Source: Leucoraja ocellata
Taxonomy: Eukaryota
Length of the DNA: 64,000 nt
Direction: 5' to 3'
NCBI GenBank assembly: GCA_036785375.1
Contig: JAWMAR010000007.1
Span: 11,222,001 to 11,286,000 of the forward strand
Position numbers and translations under genes: made by a program. The notes under the pieces were generated by a model, which searched no databases, was not told the origin of the DNA, and was given only the letters and a program-made list of their open reading frames with translations. Of the stretch, positions 1-13,688 are shown piece by piece. Within the stretch, counting starts at the first letter, position 1. Each line of letters opens with the position of its first letter.

Positions 1-508
1 AATAGTTCATTTTGGGCTTTTTATATCCCGCAGTATTTTTCTCGGCATTTGAGGGCACTAATCCAGCGCGATGTCAACGTTCTAAACCAGCGCGTTCACA
101 TGAACCCACTAGAAAGCCGATTTAAATGGGCATTTATTTACAGCAATTGAACACTAAATTCCTTCCATTTGGCCTATAAATTAATGTAAATTAGATATAA
201 AAATCATGTTATATTGTGAATTATTTGTGAATAATCTTTGGACACTTAGGCTATTTAAAAATGTTAATCTTTCCTTAAGAAATGGGCTTTTGACTATCCA
301 AGATCACAGCTTTTTGTAATGTCCATTGAAAATCAATAGGGAACAAGATGCTAATTTCCGAGTATGAAAATGGCCATAACTTTTTTAATACTTGAGATAT
401 GAAAGTGAATTTGGTGTCAAATTAAACTTATTGTTATGCTTTATCTGATGGGATAAATTGCAGACTTGATTTTTAAAATCTCAAAATTTTGTAACATTGC
501 TACTTTAA
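1..508. mobile_element. Probable DNA transposon terminal remnant (possibly Kolobok-like)
   Basis: AT-rich block with a distinct composition ending in ...gctacTTTAA. The other end lies outside the window. Confidence 0.25.
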
Positions 509-829
509 TGTAAAATTATTATGCAAAATCAATATTATATGCATTTAATACAATTCCGGCAACAACTTCCAATCAATAGGTTGGCTTTCAGGTAGCAGAA
601 AGAATTGCAGCTGATCAGATGGCACCAGATACATGTTGGCAGTCTGTTAATCTTCCGTCTGGAATAGGAGCAAGCAGCGTATTGTGAACAAAGAATGACG
701 TCTATGATTTAATAATTTCGATATCATTCTTTAAGTTGACTGTGTGCAAAACAACAGGGTAACTCACTGATCTAATCTTTGCAAACTTGTACTGAGGTAG
801 CACTACACCATCACAAGTTGCACGCATTG

Positions 830-1330
830 AGAATAAGTCAATTAGTTATGATGCAACCTTATAGGACTTTGGTTAGGCTCCATTTGGAGTATGGGTGCAG
901 TTCCGGTGGCCCCAATATAGGGAGCATGTGGATGCTTAGGAATAGATGCAAAGGAGGTTTACCAGAATGATGCTTGGATTACAGGGTATTGGCTATAAGG
1001 AGAGGTTGTACAGACTTCTCTCTGGAATGTGGGTAGCTGAAGGGAGGCCTGATATTACTATATACATTTATGAGAGGCGCAGATAGGGTAGACATTCAGA
1101 ACCTTTTCCCAGGGTGGAAAAATCAAAGACTACAGGACATAGGTTTAAGGTGAAAGGAACAATGTTTAGAGGAGATGTGCGGAGGATGGTGTTGGTTGGA
1201 ATGTACTGCCAGGGATGATGGTAAATAAGGCAAATATAACAGTGGCATTTAAGAGGCTTTTAGTTAGGCACATCAATAGGCACATTGATATGCAGGGAAT
1301 AGACAGAAATGGACCATGTACAGAGAGATG
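830..1330 (+). mobile_element. Decayed CR1 LINE 3' fragment
   Basis: YRTLVRLHLEYG-type C-terminal motif followed by CR1 3' sequence. Confidence 0.75.
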
Positions 1331-2963
1331 AGATTAGTCTGAAGTAGGGTCTCGACCCAAAACGTCACCCATTCCTTCACTCCAGAGATGCATCTATGTC
1401 TATCTTCGTTTTGAACCTTTCCGCACGAGAGGAGATTAGTTTAGCTTGACATCATGTTTAGCACAGCCTTTTCCTGTGCTGCACTGCTGTATGTACCATA
1501 TGTAATCACTGGGAAATCTGTAATCAAACAGCACAGAAACAGGCCCAATGAGCTGTGCTAATTGTCAAATATGAATTTAGACCAATCCTATGTGATTCTT
1601 CCCATTGACCTCTATCACCCTGCCCCATAATTCTATCCTTGACCTACACACCAGGAACAATTTACAGCAGCCAATATACACCCACCAACCCACACACCAG
1701 TGGGACGTGGGAAGAAATTGGAGCACCAAGAGGAAACCAACATGGTCACAGGGAAAACGTGCAAACTTCACATTGCCAGCACTGGAGGTTAGAACCGAAC
1801 CCTGGCAGCAGCTCTATTCCATCATTGTGCCGCCATCAATCAAAGAGGGAAATCAGGAGAAAATGTTTTCCCCAGAGAGCGGCCAGGATGTGAAACTGGT
1901 TCCTAAAGGGAAAACTGAGGGGAACAGCAGAGATGTATTCAAGGTAAAATGCTGGTTCAACACACGGTGGAGAGGATAAAAATAGTGATCAGTCGTGATC
2001 TATAGGGAGAGTGAGGCTGGGCAAAGCGTGGACCCCAGGACAGACAATCTGGGCCGAATGGCCCATTCTGTGCTGTGCATTCTCAATTTCAAAGCTGGCA
2101 TATATTTGGTGATGTGGAAAAATTGGAAAATGATAGGTGATTAATAGACAATAGACAATAGGTGCAGGAGTAAGCCATTTGGGCCTTCGAGCCAGCACTG
2201 CCATTCAATGTGATCATGGCTGATCATCCCCAATCAGTACCCCATTCCTGCCTTCTCCCAATATCCCCTGACTCTGCTATTTTTAAGAGCCCTATCTAGC
2301 TCTCTCTTGAAAGCATCCAGAGAACCTGCCTCCACCACCCTCTGAAGCAGAGAATTCCATAGACACACCACTATCTGTGAGAAAAAGCGTTTCCTCGTCT
2401 CTGTTCTAAATGACTTACCCCTTATTCTTAAACTGTGGCCCTGGTTCTGGACTCCCCCAACATCGGGAACATGTTTCCTGCCTCTAGCTTGTCCAAACCC
2501 TTAACAATCTTATATGTTTCAATGAGATACCCTCTCATCCTTCTAAACGCCAGAGTGTACAAACCCAGCTGCTCCATTCTCTCAGCAAACCCAGCTGCTC
2601 CATTCTCTCAGCATAGTCCCGCCATCCCGGGAATTAACCTTGTAAACCTACGCTGCACTCCCTCTATAGCAAGAATGTCCTTCCTCAAATTATGGGACCA
2701 AAACTGCAAACAATACTCCAGGTGTGGTCTCACTAGGGCTCTGTCCAACTACAAAACGAACTCTTTGCTCTTATATTCGATTCCTCTTGATATAAAGGCC
2801 AACATGCCATTCGCTTTCTTCACTGCCTGCTGTACCTGCATGCTTACTTTCATAGACTGATGTACAAGGACCCCCAATTCTGTTGTACTTCCCCTTTTCC
2901 CAACTTGACATCATTTAGATAGTAATCTGCCTTCTTGTTTTTGCCACCAAAGTGGATAACCTC

Positions 2964-5900
2964 GTTTTACTCAGCGGTACATAAAATTTCTCAAGAATTT
3001 ATTATTTTTTAGTGGACACAAAATTAATTCCATACACGATTAATCCTAAATATCATAATAGTATTATTTCTGATCACTTCCCATTGACTTTTACTTTAAA
3101 AGTAGAGGGAATGCCAGGTATAAAATCTTTTTGGAGATTTAATACACAAATAGTTAATAACCCACAAGGTTACAAGTATTTAAAACAACAAATTAATTTT
3201 TTTTTTGGGACAAACGAGACACCGGGTATTTCACCATCTTTATTATGGGAAACTTTTAAGGCATTTATCCGTGGAGTTATAATCTCATATCAAAGTTTCC
3301 AAAATAAAAGGAATACGATAGAACAAGGGACGTTAGAAAAGGAAATTAAACTATTAGAATTAGATAACGCAAAAGACCCAACTATAGATAAACATAATAA
3401 GATCACATTATTGAAATTTAAACTTAATCGAATATTATCGGCAAGAGTAATAAGATTATTTCAGATTACAAAACAGGCACAGTTTGAATTTGGCGATAAA
3501 CCACGTAAACTTCTAGCGTGACAATTGAAGAAACAAGAAAAGGAAAAGACTATTACTAAAATCAAATCAGAGAATGGGGAACTATTAACGTTACCCAAGG
3601 ATATTAATAAAAGGTTTGCCCAATTTTATCAAAACTTATATACGCCTAAAACTAAAATAGAAGAAAATAAAATTATAGATTTTTTAGATAATTGTAATCT
3701 GCCAAAATTGGATATCTTAGAACAAGAGGAATTAGGAGCTCAGATCACAAGTGAAGAAATAAGTGAACCAATAAAATAACTGAAAAATAGGAAAATGCCA
3801 GGACCAGATGGTTTTAATAATGAATTTTATAAAGGTTTTCAGGAGTTAATGGTCCCACGGTTACTTAAATTATATACGTATGCTTTTACCGAAAATAAAT
3901 TACCAGAAACACTAGCAGAATCTACAATTATGCTAATACCTAAAAAAGATAAAGATTTAGAAGCGCCGGGCTCATATAGAGCCATATCACTGCTAAATAC
4001 AGATCAGAAAATTTTAGCAAAGACTTTAGCAAGAAGATTGAGTAAATATATTAATATATTGATAAATCCAGACCAAACAGGGTTTATTCCTAAAAGACAA
4101 TCATCTAACAATCTGAGACGCCTTTTTAATATTTAATGTACTCATACAAAACGGAAAAGGAAGATTTATCAGTTATATCTTTGGATGCAGAGAAAGCATT
4201 TGATCAGGTAGAATGGCAGTATTTATACAAAGTACTCCAAAAATGTAATATGGGAGACAAATTTATTAGATGAGTAAAATTACTATATTTGATTTGATTT
4301 GATTTGATTTGATTCAACTTTATTGTCATTGCACAAATACGAGTACAGGTACGACGAAATGCAGTTTAGCATCTGGTCAGAGTGCAAGATAGTAGAAATA
4401 AAAATACTGGTTAAACAATATGTGCAATGTGGATGAATTAAACTGGTACATAGGCAAATAAATGTATACAGATGGGAGCGTATAAATGATAGTTAGCATC
4501 GGGACTGTGAGTTCAGCAGTGTAATGGTGTTATTGAAAAAGCTGTTCCTCAGCCTGCTTGTGCAAGACCAGTACTTCCTCCCTGATGGGAGGAGGGCAAA
4601 TAGTCCATGGTTACGGTGAGAGGGGCCCTTGATGATTTTCCCGGCCCATCTCAGACACCGTTTGCGGTGGAGGGCATCCATGACAGGGAGCGGGGCACTG
4701 ATGATGTGCTGAGCGGTTTTCACCACCCGTTGCAGTGCCTTCCTGTCAGCTGTGGTGCAGCTGCTGTACCATACCGTGAAGCAGATGGTCAGGATGCTTT
4801 CGATGGTACAGCGGTAGAGGTTGGACAGGATCTGGGGGGACAGGTGATCTTTCTTAAGCCTCCTCAGAAACTAGAGGCGCTGCTGTGCCTATTTGATCAG
4901 TTTGGTGGTATTGAGGGACCAGGACAGATCCTCTGAGATATGTACCCCGAGGAATTTGTAGTAGGAGACGCGCTCCACCTCCGTCCCGTTTATGTGGATG
5001 GGAGTATGTCTGCCACCTCTGGTCTTCCTGAAGTCAACAATGATTTCCTTTGTTTTCTTTGAGTTGAGGACGAGGTTATTATTGGTACACCAAGCTGCCA
5101 GGTTCTGGACCTCCTCCCTATAGGCTGATTCATTATTGTCCCTGATCAGACCTACCACCGTGGTGTCATCGGCAAATTTTATGATGGCGTTGGAGCCATA
5201 CATAGGGACGCAGTCATGGGTGAAGAAGGAGTAGAGGAGAGGGCTGAGCACACAGCCCTGTGGCATGCCGGTGTTCAGTGTCAGAGTGGAGGAGGTGAGG
5301 TTGTTGATCCTAACAGACTGGGGTCTGTTGGTAAGGAAATCCAGTGTCCAATTGCAGAGGGAGGTGGTGAGTTTGGTGATCAAGCAGGCGGGGATGACAG
5401 TATTAAATGCGGAGCTGAAGTCGATGAACAACAACCTGATGTAGGAGTTGTTATTGCCCAGGTGGGTCTGGGCAGAGTGTAGGGCCGCAGATATGGCGTC
5501 CTCTGTAGACCTGTTGGGCCGGTAGGCAAACTGATGGGGGTCCAGTGTGGGAGGGAGGCTGGCTTTGAGGTGAGCCAAGATCACTCGCTCAAAGCACTTC
5601 GCGATGAGGGGGGTGAGTGCCACTGGGCGGAAGCCATTGAGACTCCCTGAAGCTGACTGTTTGGGATATGATAAACCAATGGCAAGAATATTAACTAATA
5701 ATATGTTATCTCCAAAATTTCAATTATCGAGGGGCAATAGGCTGTGTTTTATCACCCCTGCTATTTGCTCTTATGATAGAGCCACTTGCTGAAAGGATAC
5801 GAAGGCATCCGAATAATCAAGGATATAATACTAAGGACTCTAGTAATAAAATGTCACTATATGCAGATGATAAACTTTTATATATTACAAATTCACAAAT

Positions 5901-7865
5901 GAGTATCTCAAATTTATTAAATTTAATAGAGGAATTTGGCTCTTTTTCTGGTTATAGAATAAACTGGAGTAAAAGTGAAATTATGACACTAAAACCCCAG
6001 AAAGCGAATAACCTATCAAAATTTCCATTTAAAATTGCAACGGAAAAATTTAAGTATTTGGGTATTCAAGTTACTAGAAGATATAAATCATTATTTAATG
6101 CTAATTTTATACCATTATTAAATAAATTGAATGCTCTGATTAAATTTTGGAGAACGCTCCCACTATCATTAATTGGCAGAATAAATGTTATAAAAATGAT
6201 AATTTTACCAAACATAATATCCAATCTATACCAATATATATGCCAAAACATTTTTTTTTTTTAAATTAGACTCGAATATTACCAACTTTATTTGGGATTA
6301 TAAAGCACACAGAATTAAAAGAAACCACTTGTGCAAACCCAAAGAGGTAGGGGGACTTGCACTGCCTTATTTTTTATATTATTATTGGGCAGTGCATATT
6401 AAGAATATAATTTACTGGTTGGATAGTTCTGCTCAACAGTTGGAATGGAGGAGAATGGAGAAAGAGGATTGCTCTCCTTACGATTTAGGAGCGATCCTCT
6501 TCTCCCCAATAAAACTGAACAATATATTATATAAGAAGAATCCAATTATACATAATATAATACGAATATGGAAACAAATAAAATTAACTTTAAAATTAAG
6601 AAACTTATCAGTGCTAACACCAATAGGGAATAACACAGTATTTAAACCATCTGGTATGGATAAAACATATAGACAATGGGAAAGAGTGGGAATTAGAAAG
6701 GTAGGTGACTTGTATGAAATGGAAAATTTATTATCATTTCAACATCTAAAATCAAAATTTAAATTGAATAACAACCAATATTTTAAATATTTACAGGTAT
6801 GTGATTTTATGAAGAAATATATACCAAGATTTCAAAGTATAATTTTAGATCCACTGGAAGAAGCAATGAATATCAAGGCGGTCACAAAAATTAATATCAT
6901 ATCTATATAACAGTATTTTAAACAGAGAATGACCATCAACAGAGGCAATTAGAGAAGACTGGGAAAAATAATTAATTACAAAAATCTCAAAAGAAACATG
7001 GGAAAAGTATTTGATATATATACATAAATGTTTGATTAACGCTAGACAAAGTTTAATTCTATTTATAATATTACATAGATTATATTATTCAAAAACTAGG
7101 TTGAATAAATTATATCCAAATATCTCTCCCATCTGTGATAAATGTCTTTCTCAAAATGCCAATATCACACACTCATTTGTTTCTTGTACAAAACTTCATA
7201 AATTTTGGTGTGATATATTTGATATATTCACAAAGCTATTTAAGATAAAAATGGAACCGAATACTGAAATTATTATATTTGGAGTAAGGGGAGACGGGAA
7301 TAAATTAAATAAATCCCAAAACTCATTCTTTAATTATGGGTTAATAATAGCAAAAAAACATACTTAAATTTTGGAAAAATGTTAATACACCAACAGTTAA
7401 AATGTGGATCAGTAATATGTTGGACACAGCATATTTGGAAGAAATGAGACTCCTCCTAATAGACAAACAAGACCAATTCTTAATGAGTTGGTCTCCATTT
7501 ATTGATTTCTTGGAGTCATGTGGTGCAACAGTATCGTAAAAAATAAAAGTTTCAGGTATGGGTGAAAGACGACCTAGAATATAAAAAATCATCTCCTTGT
7601 GGCGATTGGATAAACTCCCTCCTGCTTTCCTCCCTCACCTATTTCTTTTCTTCACTATTTCCTTTTTCTGCTTCTTACTCACGCACACCAGTCTATCCTT
7701 CACTCTTTACTACCTCTTTTTCTTTTTCTCTTCTTACTTTTCTCTTTAAAGAAAAAAAAAAGGAAGTTGTACAGAGAATGTAATATGTTAACATAATTTA
7801 GGGAACCTGTAAAAAGGCACCACTGTATTGTACTTACTACTAATAAATAATTTTTTTTTTTTTTT
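2964..7865 (+). mobile_element. 5'-truncated L1-clade LINE (endonuclease C-terminus, RT, zf-RVT, 3' UTR), frameshifted
   Basis: Motifs ISDHFPL, PGPDGF, YRAISLLNTDQKILAK, YADD, KYLGI and C-x2-C...H...C. Flanked by TSD aaagtggataacctc at 2949-2963 and 7866-7880. Confidence 0.92.
4289..5665 (-). mobile_element. Rex1/Babar-type LINE, 5'-truncated, nested in the L1
   Basis: ORF 4889-5623 with [38 protein letters not shown]. Has an (ATTTG)n tail on the + strand. The L1 frame KLLY|DKPMARI is rejoined across it with a short atat duplication. Confidence 0.9.
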
Positions 7866-9624
7866 AAAGTGGATAACCTCACATTTATCCACATTAAACT
7901 TCATTTGCCATGCATCTGCCCACTCCCACAACCTGTCCAAGTCACCCTGCATTCTCATGGCATCCTCCTCACAGTTCACACTGCCACCCAGCTTTGTGCC
8001 ATCTGCAAATTTGCTAATGTTACTTTGAATCCCTTCATCCAAATCATTGATGTATATTGTAAATAGATGCAGTCCCAGTACCGAGCCTTGCGGTACCCCA
8101 CTAGTCACTGCCTGCCATTCTGAAAGGGACCCGTTAATCCCTACTCTTTGTTTCCTGTCTGCCAACCACTTCTCTACCCCCAATACCATGTGCCCTAATT
8201 TTGCCCACTAATCTCCTATGTGTGACCTTATCAAATGCTTTCTGAAATTCCAGGCAATTAAGGAAATCAATAGATATTGAATTAGTGCAGGAACATGATG
8301 AAGGGAAGGAATTATTATTACATTGAATAGTTCAGCAGCCACAAGAGGCTGAATGGCCTACTCATCCTAATTAAGACCTATCTTTCTTTTATCATCCCAG
8401 ACATCCATGACAAGCTGGAATGACTGATGAGAAAATTTACAAGACTATTGCCAGGACTCGAGGGCCTGAGCTATAGGGAGAAGTTGGGCTGCATAGGACT
8501 TTATTCCTTGGAGTACAGGAGGATGAGGGGGGATCTTTTGGAGGTGTATAAGATCGCGATGGAATAAACAGGTAAATGCACAGAGTCTTTTATCCTATAG
8601 GAGTATAGGAGAATCATGAACCAGGATAAATTTGACTTTTACTTTTGACTTTGGCTTTGGGAATATTTTTAGGGTGAGAGGAGAAAGATTTAATGGGAAT
8701 CTGAGGGACAACATTTCACACAGAGGGTGGTAGGTATATGGACCAAGCTGCCTGGGGTAGTGATTGATACAGGAACGATCACAACCTTTAAAAGGCATTT
8801 GACAGGTACATGGATGGGGAAAGTTGAGAGTGACATGGGCTAAATGCAGGCAGATGGGTCTAGCATCAATGGGGCATGTAGTTGGACTCATGAGCCTGTT
8901 TCCGTGCTGTATGAACCAATGTTGTTGCCAGGATCAGTAGAAAGACTGAATAGAGGTAAAAAGCCTGTAAAAAGAATGACTAATTGAAGTACTGTCACTC
9001 TGTGAGCCAGTAGTTATTTCACATCCCTATTTTCCCTTGAATTGAGTGGCTTGCTGAAGTATTTTCCCAAGTACAGATAGGAGTCACACTTCCTTTCACA
9101 ATTCCTTCAAACTACACCCCCACCCAGACCTGCTGAGTTCCTGCAACAGATTGTTTGGTGTTCTGCGATCCACCCTTGCAGTGGGCCTCAACAGACGGAA
9201 GAACAGCTGATTTCCTTCCCCAAAACGCAAACGTGTGTAATCTCACGACAATATGATAGTTTCATGTTCTGAAGATGAGCAGGGGAAAGGTTTCCCCAAA
9301 TACCCGCGCTCCAACATTCACTTTTCAATTATCCATTCATTACTATGTTTCAGATGACTTTTGCTGAGCTTTGACTCCCTGTCTTACGATAGTGACTGCA
9401 CTTCAGAAGCAGTTCGCTGGCAATTAATTGATCTGGTTCGTCCTGGCACTGTAACAGATGATTTTTTGCCGAGGAACACAAATGCACAGAAGCCTCCGAA
9501 GTGTCACAGACGTCCTACAGTGGGGCACCCCCAGTCCCGGGTCTCAAGCGTTCCAATTTAACTCATGATCTGTACTTCAACGTTATCCGAAAATATCAGG
9601 GAGGTTTGTCATGAGCAGGAGGTT

Positions 9625-9686
9625 TTATTCTCCACTTGCATCCTTGGCCTGTTCTTTTGTATATACAACCGTTGCATAAATGCAGC
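9625..9686 (-). CDS. Siglec-15-like receptor, last coding exon (CIYATV motif, stop)
   Basis: Acceptor ttgtttatcttccag. Encodes GCIYATVVYTKEQAKDASGE*, with TAA at 9627-9625. Confidence 0.8.
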
Positions 9687-11019
9687 CTGGAAGATAAACA
9701 ATTTAATTTTTATGATTTTATGTTGTCATTGTAAGATTCTTCTATCTTGATTCAAACCATTGAGAACCATAGTTATACAACACGAAAACAGGCCCTTCGG
9801 CCCAACTTTCCAATGCCGACCATGATGCCCCATATACTCTAATCCCACATGCTTGTGTTTGGCCTATATCCCTCTTAACCTTTCCAAACCATGCACCTGT
9901 CTTTTAAATGTTGTCAGAGTATTTGCCTCAACTACCTCCTCTGGCAGCTCGTTCCATATACCATCACCCTCTGTGTGAAAAATTTGCCTATCAGGTTCCT
10001 ATTAAATCTTTCCCGTCGCATCTTAAACTCATCCTCTCGCATTTGATTGCCCTACTCTTGGAATAGATAGGTATGCAAACAACCAATCCATTCCCCTCGT
10101 GAGAGGAAAACGTCTAATCTCTCAAACTCAGAGCCTATCCAGAACTGGAACCCTCTCTGCAAATTCAGTCAGCCTTCCACCCCAGATCCAACATCCCCTC
10201 TCCATTATCATCTGATGGCCACTCTCCCCAGTCTTTCACTCAACTGCTGGTTAGACAGGTTAGATAAACTGATGATATGGTCATCCTGGTTGATTTGGGC
10301 TCCTTGTATTCTGGTCCTTCTTCAATTGTGCCTGGCTTTCCCTGGACCTGCCCTCTCAATATTAGAAAATTGCTTGAATTCAACCCAGTTTGAGCAAGGC
10401 CAGGCCCTCTCACCCATCAGAGAACCGGCTTGTCAGCGACTCTCTCCTCTATATTGCGGGTACTCTTAGTCTTCTTATTGCCAGAGGGAACTTGCCCCAT
10501 TTCGAAGCTCTTTGCTCCCACACTGACCCCTTCCCCCCATCATCCATCCAACCCCCTGAGACCAGGATCATCAGCTGTTTATAGAGTCAGAGTCATACAG
10601 TATGGAAACAGGCTCTTCGGCCCAACTTGCCCATGCCTTCCAAGATGCCCATCTACACTAAGCCCACTTGCCCACATTTGGCCCATATGTCTCTAAACCT
10701 TTCCTTTCCATGTACCTGACCAAATGTCTTTGAAATGTTGTCATAGTACCTTCCTCAACTACCCTCCTCTGGTAGCTCTGACCACCACCCTCAGTTTGAA
10801 AATGTTGCCCTTCTTTTTCCCATTATATCTTTTAGCTCTCACGTTAAACCCAAGTCATCTGGTTCTTGCGTTAAACCCATGTCCTCTGGTTGACAGCCAA
10901 CTACACAGAGCCAAGCTACTGTCTGAGGAATCTTGTCCACAGAATGTAAGGAATAGGGAGGGAAGTTGGCCATTCAGCCATTCAACATGATTTATGATGG
11001 ACATTGAAGCATTAGTCAA

Positions 11020-12730
11020 GCAAAAGGGGCATGTCAGATATAGGTAGCTGGGAATCAAGCAAACCTCTCAAGTATAAAGGGTGTAGGCTTACAATTTAGA
11101 GCGAAATAAAGAGGACAAAAAGAGGACATGAGATAGCTATGGCAGATAAGATAACGGAGAACTCAGAGAAATTCTCAAAGTATATTAAGAGCAAAAGGCT
11201 AAATAAAGAGAATAGGATCAACATGGTCATCCATGGGAGATGGGTGAGGTTTTAAATTAACATTTCTCATCTGTATTTATCGTGGAGAAGGTCATGGAAG
11301 TTAAGGAATTAAGAGTATTGAATTGCAATACATTGGAACATATCTACATTACAAAAGAGGTGCTGGCAGACTTAAGACATATTAGGGTAAATAAATGTCC
11401 AAGGCCTGATGAGATGTATCCTAGGATATTACGGGAAGCTAGGGACGAAATTTCAAGTGGTCTGGCAGAGGCATTTGCATCATCTTTAACATAAGTGTGG
11501 TGCTGGAAGATTGGAGGGTGGTAAATGTTGTGCCCCTATTTAAGAAGGGCTGCAAGTACAAGAGGGAACTACAGACCAGTGAGCCTGTAGTGGTGAGGGA
11601 ATTACTGGAGGGGATTTTGATGTTAATTCTGGCCAAATTGGAGATGTCAGGACACTAAAATTGTGTAAAGGCTTCTGGTCTGCTAGGCCATTTGGTCAAT
11701 TTAAATGTGCCTTCTGCAGAAATGGGACAAGCTGCAGAATGGTGCCAGCTTGTCTGGAGCCTAGATAAGAGTTGTAGGAAAAGAATGGGACTTCTGCAAA
11801 TTCTTACAATTAGGTGTAAATTGCATGAAACGGATTGGGTGAATGCAAACCAGATATATACATTGTTAATATTGTTCCAACGCTTTACTTTGCTAGATGT
11901 TGATTGGATTAAGTGTTGAGCCTTGTCTAGGTTTCTTGAATAACAAGGCACATGTTGCTATGTTTGCTTCCTTCCAGAAGCTCCGTTTGAATACAATGTA
12001 TTAGTTACTGTATTATTGGGTTAGGGAAATGTCTATCATGAACTGTGTTAATCGATATCTGTTATTGGACTGTAAAGAGACCACCCCCATATGATTCGTC
12101 CCTCAAGGTTCGGGCACCTATAAAAGGCCACTCCCACGAGGTCCTGAGTCGATCTTCTGGGAGAACGTTTGGGACTGTGCGACTGTTTGGAGTCTCTGCT
12201 TGCACAAGGCTAGGAGAGCTTGGCCAATCAGATACAAGGATCGAACCCACAGTGGTTAGGTATAGTAGTGAGGAACCGTTATTGTGTATTTCCAAAATAA
12301 AATTTAGATGCGTAAGGGCTTGACTCAGTATCTTATTGACTGAAACTAGACTGGGGGGAAGCGTAGAATGAGCTTTACAAGGATGTACAAGGATGTACCC
12401 GGATTTGGAACGGTAACGACTGATGAGGGATAGTTAGCATGGCTTTGTGTGTGGAATTTGTGTGTGACTCATGAATTTGACTGAGCTTTTGATGAGGCGA
12501 TGAGTCTATTGACGAGGGCAGAGCTGGTACACATTGCCTGCATGGACGTTAACAAGGCCTTTGCCAAGTTCTCACATGGCTTACTAGTCTGGAAGATTAA
12601 ATCACATGAGGTCTAGGGTGAATGAGCCAATTGGATATGAATTTGGCTTGGTGGAAGGTGGTGGTGATGGGTTGCTTTTCAGACTGGAGGCCTGTGACTA
12701 GTGGTGTATCACAGGGATCGGTGCTGGGCT
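11020..12730 (+). mobile_element. Decayed CR1 fragment, interrupted at about 11621-12379
   Basis: KCPRPDEMYPRILRE, YRPVSL and SGVSQGSVLG remnants are collinear on both sides of the interruption. Confidence 0.75.
11621..12379 (+). mobile_element. Candidate solo LTR inserted in CR1
   Basis: Unrelated insert starting TG and ending CA, with CTATAAAAG at about 12118 and AATAAA at about 12296. No clean TSD. Confidence 0.4.
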
Positions 12731-12822
12731 CACTCAGTATGAAATGGGTTTGATGTGTTCCCAAGGGGTGTCCTCGCAGATGTGTGTATTTTGCCGCTCA
12801 CGGTGTGTTCGGTGGTCCTTAC

Positions 12823-12900
12823 CAGTCTCCTCCTCTTTGCAGGGAGGTCTTTGAATGTGCACATTGCTGTACACAGTGTCATTCTGAGACTCCTGGGGAT
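12823..12900 (-). CDS. Siglec-15-like receptor, exon 10 (cytoplasmic ITSM-like TVYSNV)
   Basis: Acceptor ctgtgttcttttcag, donor G|GTAAGG, 78 nt. Encodes DPQESQNDTVYSNVHIQRPPCKEEET. Confidence 0.82.
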
Positions 12901-13619
12901 CTGAAAAGAACACAGATTGTTATTGCATTCCAGCATCTCTCCCCCACTGTATTCTATCACTCAAACCACCCACTCCCCTTTAAACGACATTGGGACAGGT
13001 ACTTGGTTTGGAAAGGTGTATAGGGATATGGGCCAAATGCAGGCAATTGGGACTAGTGTGGATGGGCATTTTGGTTGGCTTGAGCAAGTTGGACCAAAGA
13101 GCCTGCCTCTGTGCTCTATGACTCTATGAGTCCCCACCTTTGATAATCACTGTCTCTTGCCTGTTCCGATTGCCCCTCCTATAGTGGTCCATCTTTTGCC
13201 AAGACTGTTCTTCACCCCTCATTATGATACATTGCATGCCCCAAGAGAACCATCGCTGCTTCTGTACAGAACCGTACTGCAGAATAGACAGCATTGTACT
13301 TCCAGGTCTAACGCTTGGCTGCCCGTTGGTGGGAAGCGGAAAATAAACAACACCAGGATCTCCAGTAACTCTATGTCCTGGGTCTTTGTTACTACTTCCA
13401 CCGTGTCTGGCCTTTGCTGCACCTGCCCTGAATGTTGGATATGGAGAGCTCTGGATCACAGGCTCGCTGGGAAGCCCAGTGTATATTGTCAGTGCCAGTG
13501 GATGGTTCTAGTCAGTACATCAAGGGTTTGCATCCCAGCCTGTTGGGGGCACTATTTTACATGGGCCGTCCACACCACCACGTTGTTTCACAGCTCACCG
13601 TGTGCTTACTGTTCCTTAC

Positions 13620-13679
13620 CTATCTCCACTCCTACTCGAGAACGGCTTTGAATGTGAACAATGCTGTAAATGAGGGCAT
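13620..13679 (-). CDS. Siglec-15-like receptor, exon 9 (cytoplasmic ITIM LIYSIV; cryptic acceptor next to an L2 tail)
   Basis: Acceptor attattactctccag, donor G|GTAAGG, 60 nt. Encodes DALIYSIVHIQSRSRVGVEI and is homologous to exon 10. Confidence 0.65.
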
Positions 13680-13688
13680 CTGGAGAGT

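Larger units (their letters stand above)
2143..8254 (-). mobile_element. CR1 LINE 3' part (2143-2963 and 7866-8254), interrupted by an L1-clade insertion
   Basis: CR1 3' tail at 2143. RT motifs SGVPQGSVLG and FADGTKLGG in ORF 7788-8189. The sequence resumes across a 15-bp duplication. Confidence 0.9.
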
